A stretch of 32,000 nt of DNA, taken from positions 1,650,001 to 1,682,000 of the forward strand of contig NZ_CP074694.1 of assembly GCF_018398935.1 (NCBI RefSeq), written 5' to 3'. How positions within the stretch are numbered: position 1 is the stretch's first letter; each line of letters opens with the position of its first letter. Of this stretch, positions 18,633 to 26,935 are shown one piece after another. Source of the DNA: Telmatocola sphagniphila (GTDB taxonomy: Bacteria; Planctomycetota; Planctomycetia; Gemmatales; Gemmataceae). The notes below the pieces were generated by a model. That model was not told the DNA's origin. It made no database searches and saw only the letters and a program-made list of their open reading frames with translations. Both the position numbers and the translations under genes were made by a program.

Positions 18633-18708
18633 AGAAACAAGATTTTCCGGGGCATCGTTATCCGATACACTCATTGAAAAGAACTTATTCCCAACGGAGT
18701 CGGTGGCG

Positions 18709-19263
18709 ATGTCCAAGAAATATTTGATGTGTACGGCGGAAGCCCTGGTCGAAGGAGATAAAGACTACCTGTGCGCCGAACCGGAGATCGTGATCGGCGA
18801 TCTGGAAGGTCCTGTCGGTACTGCGCTGGCCACACTTCTGGGAGATCAGGTTCAGGGACACACACGCGTCTTTGCACTTCTTAACAGCGATGTGCAGGTC
18901 AAACCGGCCACATTAATGGTCAGCAAGGTTACCGTCAAAGATTCCCGCTACACCAACATCCTGATGGGAACGGTTCAAGCGGCTATTGCCAATGGTGTTC
19001 TGGATGCGGTGCGAGCGGGCGATATTCCCAAGAAGAAGGCCGATAGCATGGGAATCATCTATTCGGTCTGGCTCGATCCGGTCATTCTCAAATACCCGGC
19101 TTCAGAAATCGACCACACTGCCCTATTCCAAATTCATCGAGCCGCGACGGCCAAGGTGATCAAAAAAGCCATGGAAGGGGAACCGACCATAGATTGGCTG
19201 TTGGAAAATCAGGATAAGGTCGAACACTATTTCCATCAGCAAGGGCTCGAAGGTAAGTTGTAG
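18709..19263 (+). CDS. fae: Formaldehyde-activating enzyme (Fae) family protein
   Basis: Aligned by eye to methylotroph Fae: AEALVEGD, IVIGDLEGP, VKPATLMVSKVTVKD, GTVQAAIANGVLDAVRAGDIP, AMEGEP. I preferred ATG 18709 over GTG 18703 because of its spacing from GGAG. Confidence 0.7.
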   Translation: MSKKYLMCTAEALVEGDKDYLCAEPEIVIGDLEGPVGTALATLLGDQVQGHTRVFALLNSDVQVKPATLMVSKVTVKDSRYTNILMGTVQAAIANGVLDAVRAGDIPKKKADSMGIIYSVWLDPVILKYPASEIDHTALFQIHRAATAKVIKKAMEGEPTIDWLLENQDKVEHYFHQQGLEGKL

Positions 19264-19332
19264 GCGAAGTCCTTCGGCCTTCGAACCAGTCTCTTAATGT
19301 CGTTTTTCACGGGATTTCCAATCGCCCGCTTA

Positions 19333-21222
19333 TCAATCGTTCACTTTGTTCAGGCCGACCGTACGAATTCCCAATCGCGCGGCGAAGCGACTCTTCTGAA
19401 GTGGTGTGAGTTCCTTGGTGTACTTGGCCCGGACACTTTCGATCCAGCGAATCTTCCGATCCCCGTAATCGGTGACGATTCTCACTAGTACTGGGCCGGC
19501 GTAGTTCAAAGCTCCGCGAATTCCGGATTCCAGATTCGCCGCCGAATTGATTTCCTGGTAGGCCACGCCTAATCCCTGAGCTAAGGCTGTATAGTCCAGC
19601 TTAGCCAGATGAGTTGCCGTGGTGCGATTGTAGGCCGGTTTCTGCAGCATCTGCATGTAGTGATAGGCTTGATCGTCCAGAATGAAAAACTTCACTGGGA
19701 GCCCTTCCCGTGCGGCCGTTGAAATCTCCAGGCCGGTCATCAAGAAGCAGCCATCCCCGGTGAGAGTGACCACCATTCGACCCGGATGAGCTTTTTGTGC
19801 TCCTAAAGCCGCCGGAATTGACCAACCCATCGCCTGATTATCGGTCGGATTGAAGTACGTACGGGGTTTGCAAGTGGTGAACGCCTCAGCGGCCAGATGT
19901 TCCGAAGCTGTAACATCGACAAATACCAGCGCATCTTCACAGAGTGCTTTGCGTAGGGCCAGAACGACCTGCATCGGATCGACCCCGCAACGAGCATAGG
20001 ACTCGGAGCGATTTTTCACTTCCTGAACTCGAGCGGCCGAGATTCTGCTGATAATTTGTGTTTCTTTGGGACGGCAAACGGCATCGGCTTGCTTGAGGAG
20101 TTCATCGAAGAAAATTCCCGCGTCCGCGTTCACACAAACATCGGGCGTGTGAATTCGGCCCAGATTCTCCGGATTGATATCCACATGGATGTGATGCTTC
20201 CCCGCCGGATTCTGATAGAACCCGGTCGATACCTCGCTGTACTTCACCCCGATGGCCAAGATGCAATCGACACCGGCATGCGGATGCAGCAACTTGGTGT
20301 TGAAGACATGCTCGGCCGTGTAGGTCCCCTGCGGTCCATAACCCCAGCCCACCGCTAAGGGATGCGTTTCAGGAATGCAGCCTTTACCGGAGATGCTCGT
20401 AGCGACCGGAGCTTGCAGAAGTTCAGCCACTTGAACGAGCTGAGCCGAATAATCCATGCAGCCCAGACCGGCATATATTCCGACGCGCAGATTCTTGTTT
20501 CGAAGGATGCACAAGGCTTTTTGAAAAGCCGCTTCGTCGAACGGAACGCCGACATCGGCCCGCGCCGGTGAATTCATCATTCCCGCCTCAATGAGCAGGT
20601 TATAGGGGATCACCACCGCCGTCGGGCCGGGCTCACCGCAAGTCGCGAGAGCGAAAGCGTTGCGAATTGCCTCGGGAATCTGAATCACTTCGCTGACGGA
20701 AAAGACCCCCTTCGTTACCGGCTTCAATAAAGCGGTTTGATCGAGGCAATGAACCTGAAAAGGTTTGCCTTTTTCGCCGCGAGCAACATCCCCGACGATG
20801 GCCACGATAGGAACCGAATCGAGCAGTGCTTCCCCGAGACCTGTGAGCGAGTTCGTGACCCCGGGGCCGGGAACGATGCAAATGACTCCCGGTTTACCTG
20901 TGCTGCGAGCATAACCATCGGCCATGCAGGCAGCGGAATACTCGTGCGTGCAAAGGAGGTACGGAAGCTTTTTCGCCTTCAAAACGTCCCAAAGTTCATT
21001 TTCTTGCGCGCCGGGAATGCCGTAAACGCAATCGGTTCCTTCAACGATTAAAGTCTCGACAACGGCTTGAGCCCCCGTCATGTGACCTTTCACGATCCCT
21101 TTTTCTCGTCGATGTTTAACCAGCGGGCCGTCAATCGCTTCCGCTTGGGGAGCGAGAATCGCTACGGTTCCCAGAGCAGCCATGCCTTCAAACAATCCGC
21201 GGCGCGAAAATTGGAATTCCAT
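19333..21222 (-). CDS. Thiamine-diphosphate-dependent enzyme (acetolactate synthase/pyruvate oxidase superfamily) with putative Tat signal peptide
   Basis: The PYR domain reads VYGIPGAQENELWD and CTHEYSAACMADGYAR. The PP-domain ThDP motif reads LTGDGCFLMTGLEISTAAREGLPVKFFILDD. The N-terminus MEFQFSRRGLFEGMAALGTVAILAPQAEA looks like a twin-arginine signal. Confidence 0.85.
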   Translation of the reverse strand: MEFQFSRRGLFEGMAALGTVAILAPQAEAIDGPLVKHRREKGIVKGHMTGAQAVVETLIVEGTDCVYGIPGAQENELWDVLKAKKLPYLLCTHEYSAACMADGYARSTGKPGVICIVPGPGVTNSLTGLGEALLDSVPIVAIVGDVARGEKGKPFQVHCLDQTALLKPVTKGVFSVSEVIQIPEAIRNAFALATCGEPGPTAVVIPYNLLIEAGMMNSPARADVGVPFDEAAFQKALCILRNKNLRVGIYAGLGCMDYSAQLVQVAELLQAPVATSISGKGCIPETHPLAVGWGYGPQGTYTAEHVFNTKLLHPHAGVDCILAIGVKYSEVSTGFYQNPAGKHHIHVDINPENLGRIHTPDVCVNADAGIFFDELLKQADAVCRPKETQIISRISAARVQEVKNRSESYARCGVDPMQVVLALRKALCEDALVFVDVTASEHLAAEAFTTCKPRTYFNPTDNQAMGWSIPAALGAQKAHPGRMVVTLTGDGCFLMTGLEISTAAREGLPVKFFILDDQAYHYMQMLQKPAYNRTTATHLAKLDYTALAQGLGVAYQEINSAANLESGIRGALNYAGPVLVRIVTDYGDRKIRWIESVRAKYTKELTPLQKSRFAARLGIRTVGLNKVND

Positions 21223-21444
21223 TCCCTTGCATCCCCAAAAAACTCGATCGATGAGGTCCGTCTAGAAAAGCGGAACTGTCGATTCGTATCGTTAATATCG
21301 GGATTGCATGAAGCCTGTGGGGAAGGCAATCGAAGTGAAAAAGAGCGGTATTGAAAATCGAGGTGGATCTGAACTGCGGACGAAAGATTTACCGAACATT
21401 CCGGTTGTAGGACCGGTGAGATTACGGGCACTTCCCCGTCCGGA

Positions 21445-22116
21445 TTACTGTGGTTGAAGTTGAGCAAATTGAAAGAGCCGCGTTACCGTTTCCGGATCTT
21501 CCGGAAAAATCGATTCTAAAACGCAAAGAGCACTCCGCATCAAGTCCGTATCGCGTTTCATCAGCCCCAGATCGAATAGCCCGAATACCGCCTCCCTGTA
21601 AGAAATGTCCCGTTCGAGCGCGGAGACAAAGAGTTCTTCGGCCCCATTCAATTCGAGGTTGGCCCAGCGGCATATCGCCAATTGGCTCAAGAGCTTAGCG
21701 TTGGGTTTCTCCGTTTTCAGCAGTTCTTCGATGTGATGCTGCGAATCTCTAAACCGCCCCGCCTGAATCGTAAGATCAATCAACTTCTCACGGGCAGTGC
21801 GGTTCGTGGGTTGTAATAGTAACAATCTTTCCAGTAGAATAAGTGCCTCATCGAGTGAGGGACGATCACTTTTTGTCGAGAGAAGTTCCGCCTGAGTTTG
21901 AAGGACGTTTGGAGCATCGGGCTGCTTCTGCAGATAAAGCCTTTGATAATGGATGGCTCGGGCTTCGTTGTTTGCCGCGCGGGATAACTCGGCCTGGTGC
22001 AGATAGGCGTGGGCGACCTGAGCGTAATTAAGGGTGTGCGCCGCAGCCAGGGAGCCGGCTAGGAGGCACAAAGCCAAGAAGAGTAATAGTAGTCGAAGAG
22101 GGTGAACTTTTGGCAT
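21445..22116 (-). CDS. Secreted TPR-like helical-repeat protein (hypothetical)
   Basis: The signal peptide is MPKVHPLRLLLLFLALCLLAGSLAAA. The remainder is composed of repeated helix-pair segments. I set the start at ATG 22116. Confidence 0.5.
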   Translation of the reverse strand: MPKVHPLRLLLLFLALCLLAGSLAAAHTLNYAQVAHAYLHQAELSRAANNEARAIHYQRLYLQKQPDAPNVLQTQAELLSTKSDRPSLDEALILLERLLLLQPTNRTAREKLIDLTIQAGRFRDSQHHIEELLKTEKPNAKLLSQLAICRWANLELNGAEELFVSALERDISYREAVFGLFDLGLMKRDTDLMRSALCVLESIFPEDPETVTRLFQFAQLQPQ

Positions 22117-22146
22117 AACCGGATAATAACACAACGACGGGATTGG

Positions 22147-23385
22147 TCAATCGGTCTTGGTTTTTGCCGGGAGCCCCAAAAGTCTGCATGCTGCCTGAGT
22201 TACGCCATCGGCTGTGGCCGTCTTCTTGAAAGTCACGATCGATTGGGATCCGAGTTCGCTGAGCGATTCATCGATCAATCGGTCTTCGGAGACCACAATC
22301 AGAAATTGGCCCGCAAAACTCTCCTGGATCTTCAGGATCAGTTTCTCCAGATCGATTTTCCGCCAGAATCCCAGAATCTCTAACGGAACTTTCTGCGCAG
22401 TTGGCAGGTGCTCAAGAATATAGTCCGGAAACCAGAGATCGGTTTTTAAAGCAATCGGCAATGGCTCAACTATCAGCTTCCAATTCGCCGCATGCTTCAA
22501 GAACGATCGCTCAAAAACCTCCAGCTCCGCAGGTCGATAACTTCCAAAATCAGGTACATGGGATATCAGACCTTGTTTATTATTGAGCGCCAGAACTTTG
22601 GGCATTTTTTCCGGTCCCCACAATAAATGGGCAGTCATCTCCCACTGTTCGCAGTGCAAAATATGAGGAAAAAAATTGGAGAGCTGCAGGCCGTACTTCT
22701 GAGTCTGGCTGAACAGGCTAAGAGGCCCGTCTAAAGCCAGATGGAAATGATCCTTGGTGGGTTGCTGCCACACGGCAATTAAGCGATGAAACTTTGCCGC
22801 CCGGGCCAACTGACGGCTGCGCGTCGCAGGTAGCTTTCGCAACCAACATTCCAATCGGACGCAGCGGCAAAGTAATGCCTGAACCAGGGCCACGTTGTAT
22901 CGGTGTAAGAGTCGCTCGGCGGATAAATCATCGAATCGAATGAGCCGCTGTTCGCTTTTCAGATCGGCATAGAGAGTTGTCTCAATGACATTGACTGGCA
23001 CGCCGTGCTGTTCCGCCAGTTGCCTGAGAATCGGATCGCGATGCCGGGCAGGATGGGCCGACCAATCGGTTTGCTTCATGAACTGCTGAGAGAGTTTGAA
23101 GGCCTGCTCGCGAATCGTTTCTGGCGACAGAGTGGAGTTGGTATCGAACTCCGAACGGTCCATCAGGACTTTGGCCAACCCGCGCTGAATCAACTGCAGT
23201 GGTCCCTCCGTCTCAATTTCTTCTAGCGACTCTTCGATCTCGGCCAGTCGAGATTGGCCGGAGAGCCGAAAAATCTCCAGGAGCCGCTCGGCCAGTTCCA
23301 GCAGTATCGGATCGTCCGTCTTCAAAAATTTGGGATGGATGCCTTCTTTCCGATGCGTCACTCGAATGAGATTACCCGAAAGCAT
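22147..23385 (-). CDS. DUF790/Bax1-family nuclease (XPB-associated)
   Basis: 412 aa. The N-terminus MLSGNLIRVTHRKEGIHPKFLKTDDPILLELAERLLEIF matches the pattern I recall for DUF790 proteins. Its start overlaps the XPB-like helicase stop by 14 nt. Confidence 0.6.
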   Translation of the reverse strand: MLSGNLIRVTHRKEGIHPKFLKTDDPILLELAERLLEIFRLSGQSRLAEIEESLEEIETEGPLQLIQRGLAKVLMDRSEFDTNSTLSPETIREQAFKLSQQFMKQTDWSAHPARHRDPILRQLAEQHGVPVNVIETTLYADLKSEQRLIRFDDLSAERLLHRYNVALVQALLCRCVRLECWLRKLPATRSRQLARAAKFHRLIAVWQQPTKDHFHLALDGPLSLFSQTQKYGLQLSNFFPHILHCEQWEMTAHLLWGPEKMPKVLALNNKQGLISHVPDFGSYRPAELEVFERSFLKHAANWKLIVEPLPIALKTDLWFPDYILEHLPTAQKVPLEILGFWRKIDLEKLILKIQESFAGQFLIVVSEDRLIDESLSELGSQSIVTFKKTATADGVTQAACRLLGLPAKTKTD

Positions 23386-24787
23386 TATGCTGCCTCCTGC
23401 GCTCGCTCGAGTAGACCTCGGAGGTACCCTCCAGAATCAATTCGTAGAGGATAGCCTGTTTGTCCGGACGCTTTCGTAGAATCCGGCCCAAGCGCTGAAC
23501 ATTTTCCCTCACAGTGCAAGTCCCCGAAAGAACGATACCTACGCTCGCCGCGGGAACATCCACTCCTTCATTCAGAACTTGACTGGTAACGATTGTGGAG
23601 TACTCCCCCGAGTGGAATCGCTCCAGCATCAGCCGTCGCTCCTTGGTTTTGGTCTGATGCGTCAGCGCGGGTATCAAATATTTGCGGGAGATGTCGTAGA
23701 CCGTGGCGTTGTCCGCTGTGAATATCAGTATTCGATCGGCCGTATGCTTTTTCAGTAAAGCTTCGAGTTGAAGAAATTTCCCCTCGGCCGATCGTTCTAC
23801 TTTCTTCATGTCGCGATAAGCTTGAAGGGCCTGCCACCCCTCTTTGGTACGTGCGGCCTCGAACAGAAATCGACGCCATCCCTCGGGAGAAGAAATGCTC
23901 AACTGCTTCGCACTCAGGAACGATCGATAAACGCTTTTATTGTGATCGAACCGTTCCTGTTCTTCTGCTGACATCCGGATAAAAATCTGTTCCGTTCGGT
24001 AGTCGGCGAGGAATTGACCGGAAAGTTCGGTAATTTCGCGGCGATAGATTATCGGACCGATCAGATCTTCATAGGCGACTTCCTGGCCGTCGCTTCTTTC
24101 GGGAGTCGCAGTTAGTCCCAGCCGAAATGGAGCCAGGCTCATTCTGGCGGCCATCGAATAGGTTGCACCGGGCAGATGATGGCATTCGTCAAAAATGAGT
24201 AACCCAAATCGGTTTCCCCAGCGCTCGACGTGAATATAGGCGGAATCGTAAGTCGAGACGGTCACCGGGCTCAAGGTATATTCGCCGCCGCCCAGCATTC
24301 CGACGGGAAAACCAAAGGATGCTTCCAATTCCGTGTGCCACTGATGCAACAAGTCGATGGTGGGCGTAACCACCAAAGTAGGCCGGGCGGCCTGAATCAT
24401 GGCGAGAATAGCCGTGAAAGTTTTACCCGTGCCGGTGGGGAGTACGACCAATCCTTTTCCGTTCGCCGTCCACCAGGCCTGAACGGCTTCTTTCTGATGT
24501 GGGAATGGGTTTCGAGCCGATTTTAGATCGAATTGTAACGGCTGATAATCGCGTGCCTGATCGAGATAGGAGACTTGTTTGCGACGGAGTTCTTCGACGA
24601 TCAAACGATAGCGATATCCCTCGGCCCGATCGACTTTTGTTCTGGGATCAAATTGAACGAATGGCACCAGGTTTCGATTGGAAGGATGAATACCTTCAAC
24701 CAGGATCGTTCCTCGATCGAAGCGAAGTGTCAGTTCTGGGCCCTTTCCATCCATACTTCCTAATTTACGAGTTTGCGGAGCTTTCAC
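23372..24787 (-). CDS. XPB/ERCC3/Rad25-like SF2 DNA helicase
   Basis: Walker A is VLPTGTGKTF, motif II is LIFDECHHLPG and motif III is LGLTATPERSDG, where the XPB RED position reads RSD. Motif VI is QRLGRILR. The N-terminal LTLRFDRGTILVEG resembles the XPB damage-recognition domain. The start is ambiguous between GTG 24787 and ATG 24754. Confidence 0.8.
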   Translation of the reverse strand: MKAPQTRKLGSMDGKGPELTLRFDRGTILVEGIHPSNRNLVPFVQFDPRTKVDRAEGYRYRLIVEELRRKQVSYLDQARDYQPLQFDLKSARNPFPHQKEAVQAWWTANGKGLVVLPTGTGKTFTAILAMIQAARPTLVVTPTIDLLHQWHTELEASFGFPVGMLGGGEYTLSPVTVSTYDSAYIHVERWGNRFGLLIFDECHHLPGATYSMAARMSLAPFRLGLTATPERSDGQEVAYEDLIGPIIYRREITELSGQFLADYRTEQIFIRMSAEEQERFDHNKSVYRSFLSAKQLSISSPEGWRRFLFEAARTKEGWQALQAYRDMKKVERSAEGKFLQLEALLKKHTADRILIFTADNATVYDISRKYLIPALTHQTKTKERRLMLERFHSGEYSTIVTSQVLNEGVDVPAASVGIVLSGTCTVRENVQRLGRILRKRPDKQAILYELILEGTSEVYSSERRRQHNAFG

Positions 24788-25135
24788 TCAGGTACTTAGC
24801 GAGAGTTGTTTCTGAAGAGAGAATTTTCAGCGGCCGGCGCTACTCGAAGTCTTTTCCGCGAGAAAAAATAGAACCATTACCAGGAGAATGTGCTCACTGA
24901 GTCCTTCGATTTGCGAGCCGAATCCGGATTGCCTAGGTCACGAAAATAGGAGGTAGGACGAATTCATAGGGCATGATCCAGCAGATCTAAACGTGAGCGG
25001 ATCAAGTATTGATAAGTGATACTGGCAGCCGCACCCTAGAAATCTCTTTAGTCTTCAAAGCATTTTAGCTGGTGCCTGGAATCTCGACCGTTAGACGATC
25101 GAGAACTAAGCTTTTACTCGGGCATGGTCGACGAG

Positions 25136-25597
25136 TTATTTGCCGTCGAAAAGTTCAATCTCAAAAATCAGATCGGCTTTAGCAGGGATCTGGGGCGGTC
25201 GGCCCGCCGCACCGTAAGCCAGATCATAAGGGATGTACAACCGGCGAACCCCGCCCGGCTTCATTCCGGGAATACCGACTTGCCAGCCCTTGATCAGTCG
25301 ATTCAGCGGGAAAGTCGCTTTTTGACCTCGAACTACTGAACTATCGAAGACATTACCGTCTTTGGTCCAACCCGTATAGTGGATCGTAACGGTAGCCCCC
25401 GCTTTGACCGCGTCGCCTTTTCCTTCTTTGACATCCCAGATTTTCAAGCCATTGCCATCTTTCAGTTCTTTCCATTCTTTGGAATCCAAATCGGGAAGCT
25501 TTGGCTTATCCTGATTGAATTCTTCGGCAGAACTGCAGCCGATGGAGAAAATGGCGAGAGCCATTACTGATAGCGAAGCGAATAACCAGATCTTCAT
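25136..25597 (-). CDS. FKBP-type peptidyl-prolyl cis-trans isomerase, lipoprotein-type signal
   Basis: The signal is MKIWLFASLSVMALAIFSIGC (lipobox-like). The FKBP_C core reads VTIHYTGWTKDGNVFDSS...LIKGWQVGIPGMKPGGVRRLYIPYDLAYG. A start at ATG 25597 removes the overlap with galE. Confidence 0.88.
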   Translation of the reverse strand: MKIWLFASLSVMALAIFSIGCSSAEEFNQDKPKLPDLDSKEWKELKDGNGLKIWDVKEGKGDAVKAGATVTIHYTGWTKDGNVFDSSVVRGQKATFPLNRLIKGWQVGIPGMKPGGVRRLYIPYDLAYGAAGRPPQIPAKADLIFEIELFDGK

Positions 25598-25692
25598 TTC
25601 CGTTATCCCAAGTAAAAATAGAGTGCTCGTAAAAATAGAGCGCGTTCTCAAAAGCTTATCAAAGAAAACCCCGACGAGAAAGATGGCAAATA

Positions 25693-26682
25693 TTAGTTTC
25701 GGAAACCATTGGGATGTTTTCGATGCCAATTCCATGCCGTCTCTATGATCGTTTCAATGTCGAGATACTTGGGCTTCCAACCCAATTCCTTCATGGCTTT
25801 TGCCGGATTCGCCACCAGCTCCGCCGGATCACCGGCTCGCCGTGGGGATTCCTTGTACTTTACTTTCTTTCCTGTCACTTTTTCCGTCGCGGCAATGACT
25901 TGCCGGACACTGTAGCCCTGTCCGATCCCCAAATTCACCTTAATTTCCTGCCCCGGTTTCAAGATGTCCAGAGCAAGAATGTGCGCCTGCGCCAGATCGT
26001 CGACGTGAATGTAATCCCGAATGCAAGTCCCATCGGGAGTGGGGTAATCGGTGCCAAAGATCTCAATCTCTTTTCGCTTTCCCAGAATCGTTTCCAGAAT
26101 TAGCGGGATCAAATGCGTTTCGGGAGAATGGTCTTCTCCAATGCTGCCATCGGCGGCGGCTCCGGAAGCATTGAAATAGCGAAGAGCGGCATAACCTATC
26201 TGATAAGCCCGAGCATAATCGCGAAGTACCTTCTCCACGATCAGCTTCGTTTCCCCGTAGGGATTGATCGGATTTTGAGGAGTATCCTCGGTGATCGGAA
26301 CCCGGTCCGGAGTTCCATAAGTGGCGCAGGTGCTGGAAAAAACAAACTTTTTGATGCCCTGTTTACGCACGACTTCCAGTAATGAGAGCGTATTCACCAC
26401 GTTATTCTGGTAGTACTTCGCCGGTTCGGTCACCGACTCTCCGACGAAGGCGGAGGCCGCGAAGTGGATGACGCCCTCGATGCGATGGATCATAATGGCG
26501 TGATCGAGTCGATCCTTGTCCTTCAGGTCCCCAACGATCAGGCAATCGGGTGAAACCGATTCCTTATGCCCCATGCTGAGGTTGTCGTAAACCCAGACTT
26601 CGTAACCCTGATTCTGCAGCAATTTTACGGTGTGACTGCCGATGTATCCGGCTCCGCCAACTACCAGTACGCGATGCTTCAT
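25693..26682 (-). CDS. galE: UDP-glucose 4-epimerase
   Basis: The Rossmann motif is VLVVGGAGYIGSH. The catalytic YxxxK is PYGETK. DYIHVDDLAQAH is also present. I preferred ATG 26682 (MKHRVLVVGG) to TTG 26697. Confidence 0.9.
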   Translation of the reverse strand: MKHRVLVVGGAGYIGSHTVKLLQNQGYEVWVYDNLSMGHKESVSPDCLIVGDLKDKDRLDHAIMIHRIEGVIHFAASAFVGESVTEPAKYYQNNVVNTLSLLEVVRKQGIKKFVFSSTCATYGTPDRVPITEDTPQNPINPYGETKLIVEKVLRDYARAYQIGYAALRYFNASGAAADGSIGEDHSPETHLIPLILETILGKRKEIEIFGTDYPTPDGTCIRDYIHVDDLAQAHILALDILKPGQEIKVNLGIGQGYSVRQVIAATEKVTGKKVKYKESPRRAGDPAELVANPAKAMKELGWKPKYLDIETIIETAWNWHRKHPNGFRN

Positions 26683-26878
26683 GACGGCTCTAATCAAGTC
26701 TCGACGCGGGAATTTCAGAACCTAGAAGATGATAGCTTTTCGCACTCTGAAGACCAACAGCAGTCTGTTCCCTGTCAAAACAGGTAAATTGCGAAGTCGC
26801 AAACAATTCTCCCGATTCTCGTGATACGATCAGAAAATTGGTCCGATCTGAAATCCCGATTGATTTGATTCATGCCGG

Positions 26879-26897
26879 AACAAATAGTTCATTTGTT
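26879..26897. promoter_or_regulatory. Inverted repeat upstream of stand-alone kinase gene
   Basis: The sequence is AACAAAT-agttc-ATTTGTT (7-bp arms, 5-bp spacer). It lies about 40 bp upstream of ATG 26936 and is immediately followed by TAGATAAT, a -10-like element at 26899-26906. Confidence 0.2.
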
Positions 26898-26935
26898 GTA
26901 GATAATACAATCCGCTTACCTTACTTGAGGTTTGC

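Noticed and set aside
19261-19285. AGGCGAAGTCCTTCGGCCT hairpin between convergent fae and ThDP-enzyme genes as a terminator
   Set aside because: The stem is bulged with a very small loop, and no T-run sits on either side. It is too weak to call.
18709-21222. Functional link between Fae and the adjacent ThDP enzyme (e.g. formaldehyde carboligation)
   Set aside because: The genes are convergent rather than co-transcribed. One product appears cytoplasmic and the other possibly exported. Nothing in the sequence supports coupling, so the idea is pure speculation.
21223-21444. Possible TPP riboswitch in the 222-bp leader of the ThDP-dependent enzyme
   Set aside because: I looked on the minus strand for the conserved CUGAGA and ACCUGAUCUGGAUAAUGCCAGCG-type elements and found none. 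ThDP-using enzymes, unlike thiamine biosynthesis or transport genes, are also not typical riboswitch targets.
22147-24787. XPB-DUF790 pair as part of a phage-defence island
   Set aside because: No neighbouring defence hallmarks are present (restriction-modification, Cas, abortive-infection, toxin-antitoxin, or integrase genes). The flanks are ordinary chromosomal genes (FKBP, galE, TPR protein). I kept it as a repair-type module finding instead.
24788-25135. 348-bp gene-free interval examined for tRNA, sRNA or small ORFs
   Set aside because: It contains only a modest hairpin (TCTCGA...TCGAGA, 25082-25104) without a U-tract. There is no cloverleaf and no convincing small ORF. It is most simply the FKBP 3' region plus the helicase promoter region.
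25598-25735. N-terminal extension of the FKBP ORF overlapping the 3' end of galE by 43 nt
   Set aside because: The internal ATG at 25597 yields a standard lipoprotein-type signal peptide and removes the overlap. The extension has no signal-like logic.
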